The notes under the pieces were generated by a model. The model worked only from the letters and a program-made list of their open reading frames with translations. It did no database searches and was not told where the DNA came from. Both the position numbers and the translations under genes were made by a program. DNA of 64,000 nucleotides from Bugula neritina (taxonomy: Eukaryota > Animalia > Bryozoa): contig OZ037769.1 in NCBI GenBank assembly GCA_964035545.1, positions 13,298,633-13,362,632 on the forward strand. Reading direction: 5' to 3'. This document shows, one piece after another, positions 61,301 through 64,000 of this stretch (the first letter of the stretch is position 1; the number at the start of each line of letters is the position of its first letter).

Positions 61301-63356
61301 TGTCACTTGTTTATTTGTAACACAGCCACATGTGGCAGTTTGTCACTTGTATGCCTGTGACACAACCACCTGTGACATTGTGTCACTTCTCTGTCTGCAA
61401 CATGACTGCACTTGGCCTGTGGCATCTGTTACTACATTTCCATGCTTCCAAGTTTCCAAGCATTATGTGAATGGATTTGTCATTGTTTGAAAACAGTGAC
61501 ATCCACAATCATAAGTTGTGCAACCGGCAACCACAATCCATTCTGTGGAGCAATGGAATACAGTGTGTTAGGTAGAGAACTTGTTATTTGTTGTCATCTA
61601 TTCTGTAGCTTCTGCAGGACTTTGTGCTGACCTTCAGCTAGGTTTGTTGACTCACTATTCTGCTTAATATTCAGCTTTGTTTTGGTTTCATAAAATAAAT
61701 TTTTGGAATGGGTGTCACAATATTTACAAGTATTTAATTTGTTTGTTATGGGCTGACGTATTTTATGTGTATATAGAGAACTCCTGTCAACATTGGACAC
61801 GGCCACTTGTTTGTTTAGAGATTAATTGTGCTGCCGATTACCAGGAAGTCTTGGAAGGCGGCAGCAATGTTTTGAGTTGTAGTGTTTTCTGTATCGTACT
61901 TCATGGCGTCAAAAGCTATTATATTATTTGTTATTTTTCACTTTTAGCTAATAATTTGTTCATTACTGACTAATAGTGATGGAAAGTGAAAATAAAGTGT
62001 TGTAACTTTGCCAACATCTACTCTCTCACCTATTTTTTGCTAATACACCTTTTCCTATTATATTTATCTTCAAACATTTTTAGATTGAAGAGTGCTATTT
62101 TACCTTGGCTAATATCAAACCGTATAAATATTTTATAATAGTTATAAAAAAGTCATTGTAAATAAAAAATTAAAAATATATCATGGTTGCACTTGATGTA
62201 ATGCATAATGCATTGTAGTTTGTACCATTGTTGTGAAAATTTCCTAATGGCAAATGGAAAGCAGTTGGAAATTACAGGTTTTCCATGACTGCAGGCTAGG
62301 CTATAAGCTGCCCAACTTGTACTATATCTCACTTATGTTTCAATTATAGATTTATTTATAGCAAAGAATTATTTTTGAGAGCTGCTTGATAAAATGTAGT
62401 TTAGGTAGACTTGGGATTAATTGGTTATTGATTAGTAGACTAATCTATGTGTTTTAGTTATAAACAAAAATTATTCCTGTTAAGTTAGATGATTTAAAGA
62501 TTATGATTTTTCATATCATTATGTGTGTTGTGTCTTGTATCTCTCTAAGTTTCACAGGCTATTTCTGAGGTTTTAAAGGCTCATTGCCCACAGGGATTCC
62601 ACAAAAATAAGCTCTAATATGGTAGTTATCATCTGGTGGTAATGAATATTCAACAAAACATGTTATTTAAGCAATGTTTTGCTACTGTGTTAACATTTTG
62701 CTTAGAGCGAATATACCAGTTTATCTAGCATTGAGCAATTAATAAATCCTATATTACAAGACAAAGCCAAAGATAGTTAAAAAGTTACCAAGAAGTTTGG
62801 TGTTTTGGCGAGCAAAGTGTATAGGAGAAGGGGGAGGTCTTTGACATGACATGACTATACTAGACTCCTTGGACTAGCATACTATGTTATTACACTATAA
62901 CAAGTGACCAAATACTATCTGCTGTTGAACACATCACCAACTGCATCAGTAGTGACACACAGTGCTCCCTCCATACCTCACGGTTTCATTTCTCAGGAAA
63001 TTCCATAGGTCACAAGGAGGGCTTGGATCCCCATTTTGTGGCTTATGCATGTGTGTATAGGGACAAAAAAGAAATAATTTAGCTGATCCGTGAGTTAAAT
63101 CCGGTATTCTACTATGTCACAAATTGAGGTTTCGGACCCGGAGCTTAGTGAGATACGGAGGGAGCACTGTATTCTCCTTAACAGTTTATATTGCACAATC
63201 GTTATGATGAAGTGTAGAATATGTAATTCCTTGATTTCCAGAGAAGCTCAAGTCTGATGCTGACAAGATCAGAGAAGATGAATTGCTGACAGAGTTGGTC
63301 AGCGTGGTTCACGAGAGAAGTCAGCTGGTAGACAAGATGGACGACGAGCGTATCAG
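37735..63356 (+). CDS. MICALL1: MICAL-like protein (co-ortholog of MICALL1/2), 3' end outside window; exons 37735-37886, 40244-40292, 41122-41260, 43685-43818, 44403-45711, 46497-46691, 47555-48319, 49351-49521, 50368-50556, 51656-52254, 54403-54520, 55404-55527, 59751-59824, 63242-63356
   Basis: N-terminal CH domain ([29 protein letters not shown]), LIM zinc finger, several NPF-acidic motifs, Pro-rich segments, C-terminal bMERB coiled coil ([10 protein letters not shown]...[14 protein letters not shown]); all 13 introns GT-AG and in phase. Confidence 0.9.
38838..39660. repeat. 22-bp minisatellite (TGTAACTGTGAG core) in MICAL-like intron 1
   Basis: Roughly 37 tandem copies, alternating variants giving a 44-bp higher-order repeat. 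Confidence 0.95.
40795..41011 (+). mobile_element. MITE family A copy 1 (Tc1/mariner-type, TA target)
   Basis: Imperfect TIR CA(G/A)TGCTCC..CCATATCTCA / TGAGATATGGAGGGAGCACTG flanked by TA; internal identity to 62960-63169. Confidence 0.8.
41454..41611 (+). mobile_element. MITE family B copy 1
   Basis: ~30-bp TIRs GCAGTAGTGGAGAAATTGAGATAGCC / GGCTTTTCTCAATTTCTCCATTACTGC; second copy at 48675-48833. Confidence 0.78.
43510..43640. repeat. 12-15-bp tandem repeat built on TCATGTGAC
   Basis: Seven TCA(T/C)GTGAC and two TCATATGAC units just upstream of exon 4. Confidence 0.85.
48675..48833 (+). mobile_element. MITE family B copy 2
   Basis: Colinear with 41454-41611, same TIRs. Confidence 0.78.
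50578..50641. repeat. Short tandem repeat (CTGTAGACAGAGTTGA-like unit)
   Basis: About 4 copies of CTGTAGACAG directly after exon 9. Confidence 0.8.
54546..54741 (-). mobile_element. MITE family A copy 2 (inverted)
   Basis: TIRs CGGTGCTTCCTCCATATCTCAC / GTGAGATATAGAGGGGGCACTG with TA flanks; interior is the reverse complement of copies 1 and 3. Confidence 0.8.
55020..55395. repeat. 42-bp minisatellite ending just before the exon 12 acceptor
   Basis: About 9 copies of CACTATCACAGTATGTACTCACTCTGTTACTAACAACTATTT. Confidence 0.92.
58251..58342. repeat. (TA)n microsatellite
   Basis: Pure TA run. Confidence 0.97.
61198..61390. repeat. 39-bp minisatellite
   Basis: About 5 copies of TGTAACACA(A/G)CCAC(T/A)TGTGACAGTTTGTCACTTGTTTAT. 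Confidence 0.85.
62960..63169 (+). mobile_element. MITE family A copy 3
   Basis: TIRs CAGTGCTCCCTCCATACCTCAC / GTGAGATACGGAGGGAGCACTG. Confidence 0.82.
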
Positions 63357-64000
63357 GTGAGTCTACTTTCACATGTCGTCTGCTTACTCTCTCCGCTCTC
63401 GAAGTATAACTGCACCCCATTATTACCTCCTTTTGGGTGACACCCTATATTATCTACCTTCTCATTAAACTTATTGATGAAAATAAATAAATGAAAAGAA
63501 AATGGTAGCCACCCTACCCTTGTCTCTTGATGTACTGGATAAAGTTCCAGTTTAGAAGTTCTCCACATCTGATGAAGAGACAACATTTCAACAGCCTAAA
63601 TGTGACAGAGTAGTAAATATTTTTTATATATTTCAACAATGTGCTTCACGTTTAACTTAATCAAATAACAGTTATGATGCCCACGCTTTCTTTCTGCAAG
63701 GTTGAAATTGCTTGCAGCAACAACTTTGTAATTTGAATTTAGTCAACAGGCAGTATCTTGAATGAAGTACCATTAATTTAGGAATACTCCTAGACGAATA
63801 TAATTCATCATTGAGTTTAACAGTAAAACTCTGCCCGCTGTTGCTGCCAATACCTGTCCAATCGTATTTTGTGTAACATTACAGACAGCGGCTGGTTGAT
63901 AGCACACCTATGGCTTCGGAGTCGGTGGTTATTAAGTTTTTACAGAAGTTGTTGTCTTCATGTCAGTTCCACCTCCATTGTGTGGCTCTCTGGGTATCCC

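Overview
AT-rich invertebrate animal genomic DNA with two parts. (1) 1-15044: the right ~15 kb of an apparently intact integrated Polinton/Maverick (adintovirus-like) DNA virus, all genes on the minus strand. Reading in from its AGTAGT terminus at 15044, it carries: a membrane-protein gene; a 3-exon probable ssDNA-binding protein gene; an 11 x ~109-bp TATA-containing tandem array; a protein-primed DNA polymerase B split by spliceosomal introns (one inside catalytic motif B); a divergent Bcl-2-like gene; six abutting perfect p53-family half-sites; then a compact intron-less block of packaging ATPase, pX-like core protein, conserved hypothetical, integrase-chromodomain, penton, pVI-like peptide, major capsid protein and adenain-like protease (cut by the window edge). 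The best candidate for an undescribed system is the p53-site array placed between the viral Bcl-2 gene and the virion/integrase block. It suggests a DNA-damage-inducible endogenous virus that also suppresses apoptosis (inference). (2) 15045-64000: host genes, namely a candidate 50-aa membrane microprotein, YIPF1/2 (-) head-to-head with TIMM29 (+), TMEM223 (-), and a large MICAL-like gene (+, 14 exons visible, runs off the window), with intronic MITEs and minisatellites. All assignments come from reading motifs by eye; no searches were run.
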